A stretch of DNA of 64,000 nucleotides from Escherichia phage ECO340P2, in the sequence record OP172792; one strand, 5' to 3'. The notes beneath the pieces were generated by a model. That model was not told the DNA's origin and did not search any database. It worked only from the letters and a program-made list of their open reading frames with translations. A program made the position numbers and the translations under genes. Positions 42,719 to 52,832 of this stretch are shown piece after piece. Each line of letters starts with the position of its first letter. Position 1 is the stretch's first letter.

Positions 42719-43282
42719 ATGATTTATTATATTACTCCCTATCTGACAGGAAATATCGGCAAGGCTATTAATGAAGCCATTGCCGTTCTTCCAGATGATA
42801 GTTGGGTGTGTTTAAGAGATACTGATACAATGTTCCTTCTGCCTGATCAACCATCTATGTTGGAAGATCTTGTTATGTCAAACCCACCTTTTGATGTAAT
42901 AGGTGCAACTTGTAATAGACTAGGTAGTGGTTATCAGCTTTTCTCTAACCAAATTAATGATGACCCAGACATTCTAAACCATATAGAATATGCTAAAATT
43001 GCACGGGAATATCATAAAACAAACGTTGAAGAAGTTCCTTTTGGAACACCTTTAGCTGGTTTCTTTTTGCTTTTTAGAAAATCATTGTGGAATGAGATTC
43101 CTTTCGAAGAAAAATCTATCCAATTTGACTTAATTTTCTCTCGCACTTTACATGAAAAAGGAAAGAGGTTAGGATTGATGCGGGGAATGTATCTGTTCCA
43201 CATTTATAGGTTAGGTCAAACAAATCCTCAACGGTCTATAAACCATTTATTACACTGTCACGATCACAGTAAAACTATTTAG
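42719..43282 (+). CDS. possible glycosyltransferase (DxD-like DTD motif)
   Basis: LRDTDTMF motif; adjacent to other GT genes; weak. Confidence 0.35.
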   Translation: MIYYITPYLTGNIGKAINEAIAVLPDDSWVCLRDTDTMFLLPDQPSMLEDLVMSNPPFDVIGATCNRLGSGYQLFSNQINDDPDILNHIEYAKIAREYHKTNVEEVPFGTPLAGFFLLFRKSLWNEIPFEEKSIQFDLIFSRTLHEKGKRLGLMRGMYLFHIYRLGQTNPQRSINHLLHCHDHSKTI

Positions 43283-43290
43283 GAGAGAAA

Positions 43291-43974
43291 ATGGAAAATA
43301 TTAAAATCGGAGTAGGTGTTATCACTGTAGGTGTCCGTCCACTTAAAGATTACCTTGTAACAGATCCACGTGCAGATTTTCGAGTATTCAACGATCCAGA
43401 TCGTAAAGGTGTAGCTTATGCCAGGAATGAACTTATGCACCAGTTCTATGAAGAAGGTTATGATTATTGGTTTATTTTTGACGATGATTGTTACCCAGTT
43501 ATGGAGGGATGGGAAACATATTTTGTAGACCAAGCTATTTCTGGAAGATGGGATTTCTTTGGTATGCCGGAGTATTTCAAAGATAAAGTTGTCGGAAGCA
43601 AAGGAGAAGTTATTCTCTGGGAACTTGCAATGTGTCAATTTGCAATGTATTCTCGTGCCGTTGTTGAGAAGATGGGTTATTTCCGCCCTTACACTCACGG
43701 TTATGGTTTTGAAGATGCCGAATGGGGACACCGTTTGAAAGCTGCTGGTTTGAATCATGGTATTCAGGCAACACCTTGTCCACTTCGCATTATGGCTTAT
43801 ATTCACCCAGACGATGTTTTTGGAAACAATCCTATGCCTTTTGCTAATCTGACTAAAGAAGAGAAAGAAGCCGCTATTGGGATTAACTGGGAAGAATATA
43901 AAGCGTCTTTAGAGGATATTAAAAATGGGAAAATCCGACTTTCCTATGAGGAGGCAATGGCACATGTCAAATAA
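43291..43974 (+). CDS. GT-A fold (family 2-like) glycosyltransferase
   Basis: FIFDDDCYP and GYGFEDAEWGHRL. Confidence 0.55.
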   Translation: MENIKIGVGVITVGVRPLKDYLVTDPRADFRVFNDPDRKGVAYARNELMHQFYEEGYDYWFIFDDDCYPVMEGWETYFVDQAISGRWDFFGMPEYFKDKVVGSKGEVILWELAMCQFAMYSRAVVEKMGYFRPYTHGYGFEDAEWGHRLKAAGLNHGIQATPCPLRIMAYIHPDDVFGNNPMPFANLTKEEKEAAIGINWEEYKASLEDIKNGKIRLSYEEAMAHVK

Positions 43975-44911
43975 AAAATGGTCTAAACTAAAAATTGATG
44001 CAAAACCTCACAGCGGTTGTGATTATCATCGTATTGTTATGCCATTTGACAACAATAATTTTCAACCTAAAAAAGATATTGTTGTGTTTAACCGTATTCA
44101 CTCTAAAGGAGCAGAATACGTTCTGTCTTTGAAACGTCAAGGTGTTAAGATTGTTGTAGATTTAGATGATTTCTACCAACTTAATCCAGAACACTATTTA
44201 GCAAGTTTATATGAGTCAAACACCCATGCTATTGTAGCTATGGTTAAGCTTGCAGATGTGGTTATTGTGACTACGGAATACTTGGCATATAAAATCCGAC
44301 ATTTAAATAGAAATGTTGTTGTGATCCGAAATGCACTTCCTTTTGATAGTGGACAGTTCACTTTGTCAAATGATCGTTCGTCCGGTACCCCTGTTGTATG
44401 GGCTGGCGGCGCTAGTCATGAACCTGATTTACGACTGGTTTCTAATACTTTTGATGATGAACTTCTTACTATTGCAGGATATGAAGCTTCACAGAGCATC
44501 ACAGGGCAAGAATGGATTAAGATCCGTAGAAATTTACCAAATGCTAAATATAAAGCTGCCGTAAAAGATTTAGATAATTACATGAGTGTTTATGAGAGTC
44601 ATGCTATTGCTATAGCTCCTTTGGTAGATAATGATTTTAATAATTGTAAAAGTAATCTCAAAATCCTGGAAGCTGGAGCAAAAGGTATTCCGATTGTTTG
44701 TTCTAAGGTGTTACCTTATTTTAACCCTGTAGATGCTCGCGCTGTTGCTTATGCAGAGAATAAAGCAGAGTGGCATTACGAAATTGTTAAGCTTCTTCGC
44801 AATCCAAACTATCGGGAAGATCGTGGTTTGTTCTTGGCGGAACATGTTCGAACACATTATAATCTGGCAGATGCAAACGAGTTGCGACGCCAGGTTATTG
44901 AAAGTTTGTAG
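43964..44911 (+). CDS. GT-B fold glycosyltransferase (paralog 1)
   Basis: NCKSNLKILEAGAKGIPIVCS resembles GT4 E..G.P motif; paralogous to next gene. Confidence 0.55.
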   Translation: MSNKKWSKLKIDAKPHSGCDYHRIVMPFDNNNFQPKKDIVVFNRIHSKGAEYVLSLKRQGVKIVVDLDDFYQLNPEHYLASLYESNTHAIVAMVKLADVVIVTTEYLAYKIRHLNRNVVVIRNALPFDSGQFTLSNDRSSGTPVVWAGGASHEPDLRLVSNTFDDELLTIAGYEASQSITGQEWIKIRRNLPNAKYKAAVKDLDNYMSVYESHAIAIAPLVDNDFNNCKSNLKILEAGAKGIPIVCSKVLPYFNPVDARAVAYAENKAEWHYEIVKLLRNPNYREDRGLFLAEHVRTHYNLADANELRRQVIESL

Positions 44912-44918
44912 GTGAAGT

Positions 44919-45863
44919 ATGGGACAAATAATTCTTGACAATCGTAACGGAATCAATTATAGTGTCTGCGATTTCCATAGGGTAGTGCTGCCTTACTCAA
45001 GGCAGTTCTCTTCACAACCTAAACACAACGTTTTCGTTTTTAACGGAGTGCCAACAAAAGGTAAAGAGGGCTTTTTAGCCCTTAAAAACCTAGGCTTTAA
45101 AATGGTTATGGATTTGGATGACTCTTTAGTTATTCCAAAAGGACACATGTTAGAAGGTATTTTTGAATCAGGTATTCGTGAACATTTAAAATGGTTTTTA
45201 GAGCACAGTGACCTTGTTACAACTACGACACCTGCCTTGCAAGTTGAACTTTCACAATACAATGATAATGTGCACATAATCCCTAATGGACTTCCTTACG
45301 ATGAAGGTCAATTTGTGTTGACCCGTGATCGCTACTCCAAATCTCCTTTGGTCTGGGCTGGAAGTGAAACACATAAACAAGATTTGGCTATCTTGCCTGA
45401 TTTTGGTAAAGATCTTACAATATGTGGTTTTCGTAGGGATTCTGAAGTTTTAAGTAGTCGTGAATGGTCTGTAATCAGAGAAAATGTAGCACCAACTTGT
45501 GTTTATGAAGGTGTAAGACCATATTCCAACTACATGGAATCTTACGATGGTCATCAAATCAGTCTTGCACCATTAATCGATAACGTGTTTAATAATGCAA
45601 AAAGCAATCTTAAAATTCTTGAGGCAGGTGCTAAAGGTTTACCTTTAATCTGTTCTCCTCGTGAGAACTATCATACACAAGAGTTTAAAGATTTGTTATT
45701 CTTTGCTGAAACACCTTCCGAGTGGAAAGATATTACGGAATACTTATTAAGTGCTCCCGATGTTTGCATGGAGAAAGGATTAGCATTAGCTAAGTATGTC
45801 AGGACTCATTATCACATTGATGTGTTGAATGAGCGTCGTAGACTTTTATTTGAGGAGCTATAA
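44919..45863 (+). CDS. GT-B fold glycosyltransferase (paralog 2)
   Basis: NAKSNLKILEAGAKGLPLICS; N-terminal CDFHRVVLPY parallels CDYHRIVMPF. Confidence 0.55.
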   Translation: MGQIILDNRNGINYSVCDFHRVVLPYSRQFSSQPKHNVFVFNGVPTKGKEGFLALKNLGFKMVMDLDDSLVIPKGHMLEGIFESGIREHLKWFLEHSDLVTTTTPALQVELSQYNDNVHIIPNGLPYDEGQFVLTRDRYSKSPLVWAGSETHKQDLAILPDFGKDLTICGFRRDSEVLSSREWSVIRENVAPTCVYEGVRPYSNYMESYDGHQISLAPLIDNVFNNAKSNLKILEAGAKGLPLICSPRENYHTQEFKDLLFFAETPSEWKDITEYLLSAPDVCMEKGLALAKYVRTHYHIDVLNERRRLLFEEL

Positions 45864-46141
45864 TGATTAACACTTTTGATTTTGAATACACCACTCGTAA
45901 TGGGAAAACTTTAGTCGTGGAGGTGGATTACTATTATGAAGAACCTAATCCACTTTCTCGTGAAAGCGATTGGGACTACCACGGAGGGCTTTTAATTGAC
46001 GGTATTCGTTTTTATGAAGGATCTACAGAAGTTTTTGAAAAAGATTTAAATGTAACTGTGGCAGAAATTGCTTTTCAATTTAGAAAGCACATGGAAGAAC
46101 TAGAAGCAGAATATATGATGGAGACTAACGAACCATTTTAA
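45863..46141 (+). CDS. hypothetical protein
   Basis: ORF, coupled. Confidence 0.5.
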   Translation: MINTFDFEYTTRNGKTLVVEVDYYYEEPNPLSRESDWDYHGGLLIDGIRFYEGSTEVFEKDLNVTVAEIAFQFRKHMEELEAEYMMETNEPF

Positions 46142-46153
46142 CAGGAGAACAAA

Positions 46154-47932
46154 GTGTCGCACATTATAACTAAATATGGATTTGATGTTGATCTTAGCAA
46201 GGAAGGACATACAGGTTGTCCGCGCTGCATGAAAAATGGCAAGGATCGCTCTCGTAATAACCTGATGGTTTATGGATTAGATTCTAATGGAGAGCATAAA
46301 GGTGCTAAGTGCTTTGCGTGTGAATACACTATTCCTAGCGTAGAATGGTTACGAGAAAATGGTGAAGTTTTAGAAGAAGAGGAGGAGATTGTGGGTTCGG
46401 AATTTAATAAACAGATTCATCGTAAAATTGTTCAAGAAACATCAACCAACCCACGTGGTTATCGAGGCATTAAAGAAAAAGTTTCATCTTTCTATGGTGT
46501 TCGTTATGAATACCGTCAGGAAGGGGATCAGATGGTAGTAGAAAGCTGTTTATATCCAACTACTATCGGTAAAGAATTGGTTGGTTTCAAGCGTCGTATT
46601 CATCCTAAAGACTTCAGTAAGCCTATTGGTCAAGTAGGTAAAGATGTAGATCTTTTTGGACAAATTCGTTTTGCAGACCGTTCTCATACTGTTGTAATTA
46701 CAGGTGGTGAACACGATGCTCTGGCAGCTTATCAAATGCTGTCTGAAAACTTGGATAGTAAATATGAGCTTCCAGCAGTAGTAAGTGGCACAACTGGTGA
46801 AACCAGTATGTATAAACAAGTTCAGGCACAATATCCTTTCTTTGAAAAATTTAAGAAAATTATTGTTTGCATGGATAATGACAAAGCAGGTAATGAAGCA
46901 TTTGAAAATATTGTTAAGGTGCTGCCTCGTAACAAAGTATACCGTATGCAGATGGACCTTAAAGATGCCAATCAGTATCTGGAAGAAGGTCGTGCAAAAG
47001 ATTTCGTAAAAGCTTTTTGGAGTGCTCGTCTGTACACACCAGCAGGTGTTTATGCTTCCAACGTCTTGTATGAAGCTGCATTAGAATGCTTGGAATCCAA
47101 GATGATTACCTTGCCTCCTTTTATGCGTGTTGCTGCAAATATGCTGGGTGGTGGTTTAGTAGAAGAAGAGATTACAGTTATCCTGGCAAAGACTAGTATC
47201 GGTAAAACTTTGATGGTGAATGAGATCACCAAACATATTATCGTTGCGCACCCAGAACATACCCTAGGTATTCTGTCCTTGGAAGCAACTTATAAGAAAT
47301 ATTCTCGTAACCTGTTGTCCTCTTTCCTACACATTCCTCTACACAGGAAAACACCTGAAGAGAAATTTCAAATCTTGGAAGAGAATAAAGAAAAAATCCT
47401 AGATTTTTACGAAAGAGAAGATGGATCACCACGTTTTTATGTGTGTGATGATCGTGGAGCAGATGTGGAGTCTATCAAAGAAAAAGTTTTGGAGATGATC
47501 ATCTATTTTGGAGTAACAATTCTTGTTATCGACCCTTATTCTGATTTGCTTTCTGGTATGGATGTTCAAGCCCAGGAAGAGTTAGCAACATGGTTGAAGC
47601 GTATCATGAAAGAATATGCTATAACTATTATCGTCATCTCACACGTTAAGAAATCAGCTAATGGTGGCAATGAACACTTAACAGAAGACGATGCAATGGG
47701 TAGTAGTTTCTTGGCTAAAGGTGCTGGTATTACATTGGCTTTGGAACGAGATAAAGCTGCTGAAGACCCTGTAGAACGCAATACAACTCATTGCTTTATC
47801 CTAAAAAACCGTGAGTTCTCGGAAACTGGTCCGGCAGGGCAGTTTTACTATGACATTAGAACTGCAACTCTGCACGACAAAGAGCAGTATTTCAACAATC
47901 CTGCTAATTTGCCTACGGATAGCAACTACTAA
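46154..47932 (+). CDS. primase-helicase (Zn-ribbon + Toprim-like + DnaB-like helicase)
   Basis: N-terminal CPRC...CFAC; VVITGGEHDALAAY; Walker A KTSIGKT. Confidence 0.7.
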   Translation: MSHIITKYGFDVDLSKEGHTGCPRCMKNGKDRSRNNLMVYGLDSNGEHKGAKCFACEYTIPSVEWLRENGEVLEEEEEIVGSEFNKQIHRKIVQETSTNPRGYRGIKEKVSSFYGVRYEYRQEGDQMVVESCLYPTTIGKELVGFKRRIHPKDFSKPIGQVGKDVDLFGQIRFADRSHTVVITGGEHDALAAYQMLSENLDSKYELPAVVSGTTGETSMYKQVQAQYPFFEKFKKIIVCMDNDKAGNEAFENIVKVLPRNKVYRMQMDLKDANQYLEEGRAKDFVKAFWSARLYTPAGVYASNVLYEAALECLESKMITLPPFMRVAANMLGGGLVEEEITVILAKTSIGKTLMVNEITKHIIVAHPEHTLGILSLEATYKKYSRNLLSSFLHIPLHRKTPEEKFQILEENKEKILDFYEREDGSPRFYVCDDRGADVESIKEKVLEMIIYFGVTILVIDPYSDLLSGMDVQAQEELATWLKRIMKEYAITIIVISHVKKSANGGNEHLTEDDAMGSSFLAKGAGITLALERDKAAEDPVERNTTHCFILKNREFSETGPAGQFYYDIRTATLHDKEQYFNNPANLPTDSNY

Positions 47933-47950
47933 GGGCTTCGGCCCTTTTAT
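47931..47950 (+). terminator. intrinsic terminator AAGGGCttcgGCCCTT + TTTATT
   Basis: GC stem, tetraloop, T-run. Confidence 0.65.
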
Positions 47951-47951
47951 T

Positions 47952-47980
47952 AAAATACCTGTTGACAACTGTGCGGAAGG
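47952..47980 (+). promoter_or_regulatory. promoter TTGACA-N17-TATACT
   Basis: near-consensus hexamers. Confidence 0.6.
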
Positions 47981-48023
47981 GATTTATACTTGTCTCATCA
48001 ACCAAACAAGAGGAGAAGTAAAA

Positions 48024-48455
48024 ATGCGTATGACAATCGATCTGAATGCAAAAGTTAAAGCTGCTGGTGCTCTGGGTGCTGGTGTTATTAAACATAAACA
48101 AGCGTTGGCGTTTGCCATCCCACATATGATTGTTGAGGATCATCCTGAAGAGTTTGCTGTAAAAGTTGTTGAGAACAATGTCTCTGTTATTGAACATATC
48201 CCAACTGGACGTTCTTACCGTGTTGTTTCTTCTAAAGGTTTCCGTTTCGATGTAAGCCCTTCTTTCACAAAAGGGGCTGGTCGTAGTAAAGTAGGTATTC
48301 TTTCTTACAAATATTACATCAATAAAGTTGCAGATGGTGTTGCATTCTGTCGTGTAAGTGAGGGTAAAGTAGATATCATCTTTAAAAATACCAAAAACAT
48401 GGTTATTTCTGATGATGGTAAAGTTGACCTCACTATTGAGTTCGCTAACAACTAA
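48024..48455 (+). CDS. hypothetical protein
   Basis: track ORF 47811..48455 trimmed to ATG 48024 downstream of promoter, AGAGGAGAAG RBS. Confidence 0.55.
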   Translation: MRMTIDLNAKVKAAGALGAGVIKHKQALAFAIPHMIVEDHPEEFAVKVVENNVSVIEHIPTGRSYRVVSSKGFRFDVSPSFTKGAGRSKVGILSYKYYINKVADGVAFCRVSEGKVDIIFKNTKNMVISDDGKVDLTIEFANN

Positions 48456-48464
48456 GGAGGACTA

Positions 48465-49259
48465 TTGAGCAAGTTGAACACACTTGATCAATATTACACT
48501 AACCCCGCTTATGCGGGGTTCTTATGTGATAAGATCAAAGAAATTTTTGGAGAGGAAGCTAACTACGTAGAACCATCTGCGGGAGAAGGAGCTTTCTCTT
48601 CTTGTTTTAAAAACATAACTTCTTTTGATATTGACCCTAAGTTTGAAGATTGTATTGAGGCAGATTTTTTAGCCCAATCTGTTGAGTCTGTTGGTAGTGT
48701 AACTGCTTTTGTCGGTAATCCTCCATTTGGAAAAAATGCTAGTCTTGCCATTAAATTCTTTAACCATTGTGCTGAAATGCTAGATAACGAAGGTGGTATT
48801 TGTTTTATCTTGCCTCGCACATTTCAAAAAATCTTTTTTGCACACAAACTAAATCCCCACATGCATCTTCTTTACGAAGAAGAATGTCCAAAAGGATCTT
48901 TTATTCTTCATGGAGAACCTTGGGATGTTCCTTGTGTATTCCAGATATGGATTAAACGCAACGAGAAGCGTTCTCCCGTTGTTTTAGGAGAAAATCGACT
49001 ATTTGTATTAGGCAACAGTAAAGACTACGACATAGCCGTTAGGAGAGCGGGAGCAAGTGCAGGTAAAGTGTTATCAGAAGAAGATTCTTTATCTGAAGCG
49101 TCTACCTATTTTTTAAAAGCCTTGACTTCTGATCTTAAAACGCGTATCATTGAGGCTTACCCGTTACTTAAAGCTGAAGCTAGTAAAACTGCGGGAGTAA
49201 GAAGTTTAAGTTTAAAAGAACTTCAGTGGGTTCTGGAGAACATTAGAAAGGAGGAATAG
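48465..49259 (+). CDS. DNA N6-adenine methyltransferase (orphan)
   Basis: QYYTNP, EPSAGEGAF (motif I), VGNPPFGK (motif IV); TTG start; no adjacent endonuclease. Confidence 0.7.
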   Translation: MSKLNTLDQYYTNPAYAGFLCDKIKEIFGEEANYVEPSAGEGAFSSCFKNITSFDIDPKFEDCIEADFLAQSVESVGSVTAFVGNPPFGKNASLAIKFFNHCAEMLDNEGGICFILPRTFQKIFFAHKLNPHMHLLYEEECPKGSFILHGEPWDVPCVFQIWIKRNEKRSPVVLGENRLFVLGNSKDYDIAVRRAGASAGKVLSEEDSLSEASTYFLKALTSDLKTRIIEAYPLLKAEASKTAGVRSLSLKELQWVLENIRKEE

Positions 49260-52200
49260 TGAGTAAGTTTACATGGGATATTGAAGCAAACGGATTGTTG
49301 AATAATGACACTATTGATTATTTGGCTAGTCCTTATCGTCTCAAAGACACATTTCAAATGCACTGTATTGTCTTAGAGAACCATGAAACAGGAGAAATAG
49401 TAGCTTTCCACGATGGCCCTAAATACATTTTTGATGGGCGTCCTTATGAAGAATCAGATGGTAAATACACGTATGTTCTTAAAGAGTATGTGGCGCAAGA
49501 TTACACACATTTTCAACTAAAAGATTTCCCAGACTTTATTAATCATGAAGGTTATTTTCAAGACAAGCCGGAATATCTGGTTGAAATGGCTGTGGCACAT
49601 AACGGTATCAACTACGACTGGTTGGCTACAAAACTGTTTTACGGATTGGATTACAGTGTTAAATATAATACATGGGGTAAAAGCAAGGTAAAACTTATTG
49701 ACTCCTTGATTTTGAGTAAAGTGTTGAACCCAGATCGAAAGATTGAGGGCAAATCAGGACATAGCTTGGCAGCACTTTCTCGAAAGGCAGGTGGTGATGT
49801 AAAAATAGATTTCCGTAAAGAGATTCCAGAAGAAGATCGATTTAAGACTTTTGCTGCGGATATGCTTTATTACTGTATCTATGACAACAAAGCCAATACG
49901 AGCGTATATAATTACCTTATGGAAGAATGGGGTGATTATGATAAATGGGAAGGTCCGTTTGAACTTGAACAACGTGTAGCAGACATTATTACACGCCAGG
50001 AACACCGTGGGTTTGCTTTTAACATGAAGCAAGCAGAAGAGAACCTTGCTTTTTTGGATGCCGAAATGGAGCGTCTTCGTTTACTCGTTGAGCCTATTTT
50101 GCCACCTAAGCCAGCAACAAAAGGTTATCTTAAGGCTTTTATCCCACCTAAGTTGCAAATTAAAAAGAACTTAGAACCAACTAACCATATGATCAATTTT
50201 GCTAAGAAACATGATGGTCATTTGGAAGAGAGAGATGGGGACTGGTGGTTAGTTATGTTGGGGAAAGAGTGGAAACTGCCAGTTGCAGCAGACGAACCTT
50301 TATGTGATCCTCATATCCCTGCAACATTGAATGATACAACCCATATTAAAAACTGGCTTGTAGGTTTAGGTTGGGTACCATCAGAATATAAAGATAAAGA
50401 CTTGACTCTTAAATCTGGCACCAAGATTAAAAAGAGTGAGGAAGAACTTCAGAAAGGTATTCGAGCTTACGTTGAGCAAACTCTATCTTCTAATTTTTGT
50501 CAGGATCGTTGTGATCACCTTGAGTGCACACCGGAAACCTTAGAAAGGAAAATTCAAGAGCGTATAGCAAAAGGTAAAGGTCGCGGTCTTAAAGTGTTGA
50601 CTAACCCATGTTTTACCAAAGGTCAGGAAAAAGAAATTTGTCCTAACCTGCAAGCTTTGGGTGAGAAATTTCCTTATGCTACACAGATTGTAGAATACTT
50701 AACGTATAAACATCGTAGGAACTCTATTTTAGGTGGTGGTGCTGATTGGGAAGAAGACGAAGAAGATCAAGAATACGATAAAGGTTTCTTAGCCGCAGTA
50801 AGGGCGGATGGTCGTATTCCTACCCCAGCCGCTACATGTGATGCTGCAACCTCTCGTATGAAGCATAGGTCTGTCGCTAATATTCCTCGTGTTACATCTT
50901 TGTTTGGATGGGAGATGCGTAACCTGTTTGGTGTGGAGGTTCCTAAATACTTCCAGATCGGCTACGACTTCGACTCTTTGGAAGCAAAAATTGAATCACA
51001 CTACTGTGTGCCGATGGATGCTCAAGCTTTGACTCGTAAAGGTTGGGTAGGATATCACGACCTGAAGGAAGGGGATGAGATTTTAGGGTACAATGCTGAA
51101 ACAGGTCTGAAAGAATGGACTAAAGTAAAAGGTAAGGTCTTCTATAAAAATAGTAAGACGTTTGAGATTAAAGGGAAATCACACACTTACCGTGCAACAG
51201 CAGATCACCGTTGGTATGTTAATACCCGTAGTAAAGGGAATACTTATGTGCCTAAAGTCAGAACAACTGCCGAGCTTTGCACAGGAGATAACATTATTTG
51301 TAATGCTCCATTTAATATGGAACAAGATCAGGTAAATAGTTTAACTTCTGTTCAACAAGGTAAATGGGATGTTCCGTGGGTAGAACGTGTAGTTAATATG
51401 TCTCATGCCGAGCGTGTAGCTTTCTTGGAAGGTTTCTTGATTGCAGATGGTTACTGGCACGAACATAAACAAAAACCTGTTTGGCGTTGGGCGCAGAACC
51501 CAGGTGAACTTTTTGAAGCAGCTTTAACTGCCTCGTACCTGGTGCATGGAGGCAATATCTCTGTAGCTTTCAATACAAAAGAGCAGAAAGTAAAAGTGGC
51601 AACATTGACTAACCGCTCTCACATTCCTGTTCAAAGTTTGACTATTGAAGAGTGGGGTGTAGAGGATGTTTGGTGTCCACAAACAGAACTTGGTACGTGG
51701 GTCATGCGTCAGAAAGACTGCATTACCATCACAGGAAACTGTTGGCGGTACGAGCCGGAGCCACACGAGTATTGTAACGCTCTGTTGTTAGAGAAACCTA
51801 ATGATGTTCACACAATGATGGCAAAACGTATCACTGAAACTATCGGACGTAAATTTGAACGTAGTCCTGCTAAATCTGTTAAGTATGGTATTACCTATGG
51901 TGCACAAGCCGACAAGGTTGCTAAAACAATTGGTAGCGATAAGTTTACAGGTCAATTAGTGTTTGATGCTTTCTGGGAAGCTGCATTCCCATTGGCGCGT
52001 CTTAAAGAACGTTTAAACGATTTCTGGGTTAAGACTGGTAAACAATATGTTTTGGGTATTGACGGTCGTAAGGTTCCTACTCGTTCTGCTCACGCGATTC
52101 TTAACTCTCTGTTCCAAAGTGGTGGGGTTATCTGTGCTAAACGTGCAATGGTTATTTATGACGACATGATCGAAGAAGAAGGACTAAGTGTTGACTTCTT

Positions 52201-52591
52201 TAAAGATGACTGGAAGAATAAAGACTTCGTGCAACAAATGATTGCATATCACGATGAAGCCCAGCTTGAAGTTTCTCGTAACCTTGTAGAATTTAAATGG
52301 TTTTCACCTGAATCATTAGGTTGGAAGAAAGTAGACGATCCTGAAGAACAAAAGAAAATTGATAAAGAATGCCTTGCTAAAGTTGAAGAATGGAAGCATA
52401 ATAAGGAAAAAGAGACGGGACAAATTTGGGCTAACATTCATGAATCTCCCAAAGGTGGATGGTTTACAGCCTATAGTCGGGCAGGTGAACTTGCTGCCTT
52501 AGCTGTTACTAAGGCTGGAGAATTTTACAATCTTAATGTTCAGCTTACTGCCGGATATGATGTGGGTAATTCTTGGGCGTCCTGTCACTGA
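49259..52591 (+). CDS. family A DNA polymerase with 3'-5' exonuclease domain, interrupted by putative intein
   Basis: Exo I FTWDIEANGL; motif A-like GYDFDSLEAKI; motif B-like RSPAKSVKYGITYGAQ; 245-aa insertion between them; GTG start. Confidence 0.75.
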   Translation: MSKFTWDIEANGLLNNDTIDYLASPYRLKDTFQMHCIVLENHETGEIVAFHDGPKYIFDGRPYEESDGKYTYVLKEYVAQDYTHFQLKDFPDFINHEGYFQDKPEYLVEMAVAHNGINYDWLATKLFYGLDYSVKYNTWGKSKVKLIDSLILSKVLNPDRKIEGKSGHSLAALSRKAGGDVKIDFRKEIPEEDRFKTFAADMLYYCIYDNKANTSVYNYLMEEWGDYDKWEGPFELEQRVADIITRQEHRGFAFNMKQAEENLAFLDAEMERLRLLVEPILPPKPATKGYLKAFIPPKLQIKKNLEPTNHMINFAKKHDGHLEERDGDWWLVMLGKEWKLPVAADEPLCDPHIPATLNDTTHIKNWLVGLGWVPSEYKDKDLTLKSGTKIKKSEEELQKGIRAYVEQTLSSNFCQDRCDHLECTPETLERKIQERIAKGKGRGLKVLTNPCFTKGQEKEICPNLQALGEKFPYATQIVEYLTYKHRRNSILGGGADWEEDEEDQEYDKGFLAAVRADGRIPTPAATCDAATSRMKHRSVANIPRVTSLFGWEMRNLFGVEVPKYFQIGYDFDSLEAKIESHYCVPMDAQALTRKGWVGYHDLKEGDEILGYNAETGLKEWTKVKGKVFYKNSKTFEIKGKSHTYRATADHRWYVNTRSKGNTYVPKVRTTAELCTGDNIICNAPFNMEQDQVNSLTSVQQGKWDVPWVERVVNMSHAERVAFLEGFLIADGYWHEHKQKPVWRWAQNPGELFEAALTASYLVHGGNISVAFNTKEQKVKVATLTNRSHIPVQSLTIEEWGVEDVWCPQTELGTWVMRQKDCITITGNCWRYEPEPHEYCNALLLEKPNDVHTMMAKRITETIGRKFERSPAKSVKYGITYGAQADKVAKTIGSDKFTGQLVFDAFWEAAFPLARLKERLNDFWVKTGKQYVLGIDGRKVPTRSAHAILNSLFQSGGVICAKRAMVIYDDMIEEEGLSVDFFKDDWKNKDFVQQMIAYHDEAQLEVSRNLVEFKWFSPESLGWKKVDDPEEQKKIDKECLAKVEEWKHNKEKETGQIWANIHESPKGGWFTAYSRAGELAALAVTKAGEFYNLNVQLTAGYDVGNSWASCH
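51005..51739 (+). mobile_element. putative intein (245 aa) with LAGLIDADG-like motif inside the polymerase
   Basis: begins with Cys after motif A, TADH block, LEGFLIADGYW, ends ..ITGN followed by Cys; removal restores normal A-to-B spacing. Confidence 0.5.
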
Positions 52592-52609
52592 TCTAACATA
52601 TTGTTTTAT

Positions 52610-52630
52610 AAGGGGCTTCTGCCCCTTTAT
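52610..52630 (+). terminator. intrinsic terminator GGGGCttctGCCCC + TTTAT
   Basis: GC stem, tetraloop. Confidence 0.6.
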
Positions 52631-52640
52631 AGGAGGAGAT

Positions 52641-52832
52641 ATGCATTACGATTTAGATTGTCTTGGTATGCCTTACCTACCAGATGAATTCGAAGGTGAA
52701 GAAGAACGTGAATGGGACGATGGGGATATCCGTTGTTGGTCTTGTGGTAAAGATATGTCTTATGAACAACATATGCACAATGATGGTTTCTGCATACATT
52801 GTTATAATGAAATTGATCTGGAGGAAGATTAA
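52641..52832 (+). CDS. small zinc-ribbon protein
   Basis: CWSCG...CIHC; trimmed to ATG 52641 after GGAGGAG. Confidence 0.5.
   Translation: MHYDLDCLGMPYLPDEFEGEEEREWDDGDIRCWSCGKDMSYEQHMHNDGFCIHCYNEIDLEED

Noticed and set aside
49259-52591. Group I intron in the DNA polymerase or nrdD
   Set aside because: Both reading frames are continuous; the polymerase insertion is in-frame and protein-like, so an intein fits better than an intron.
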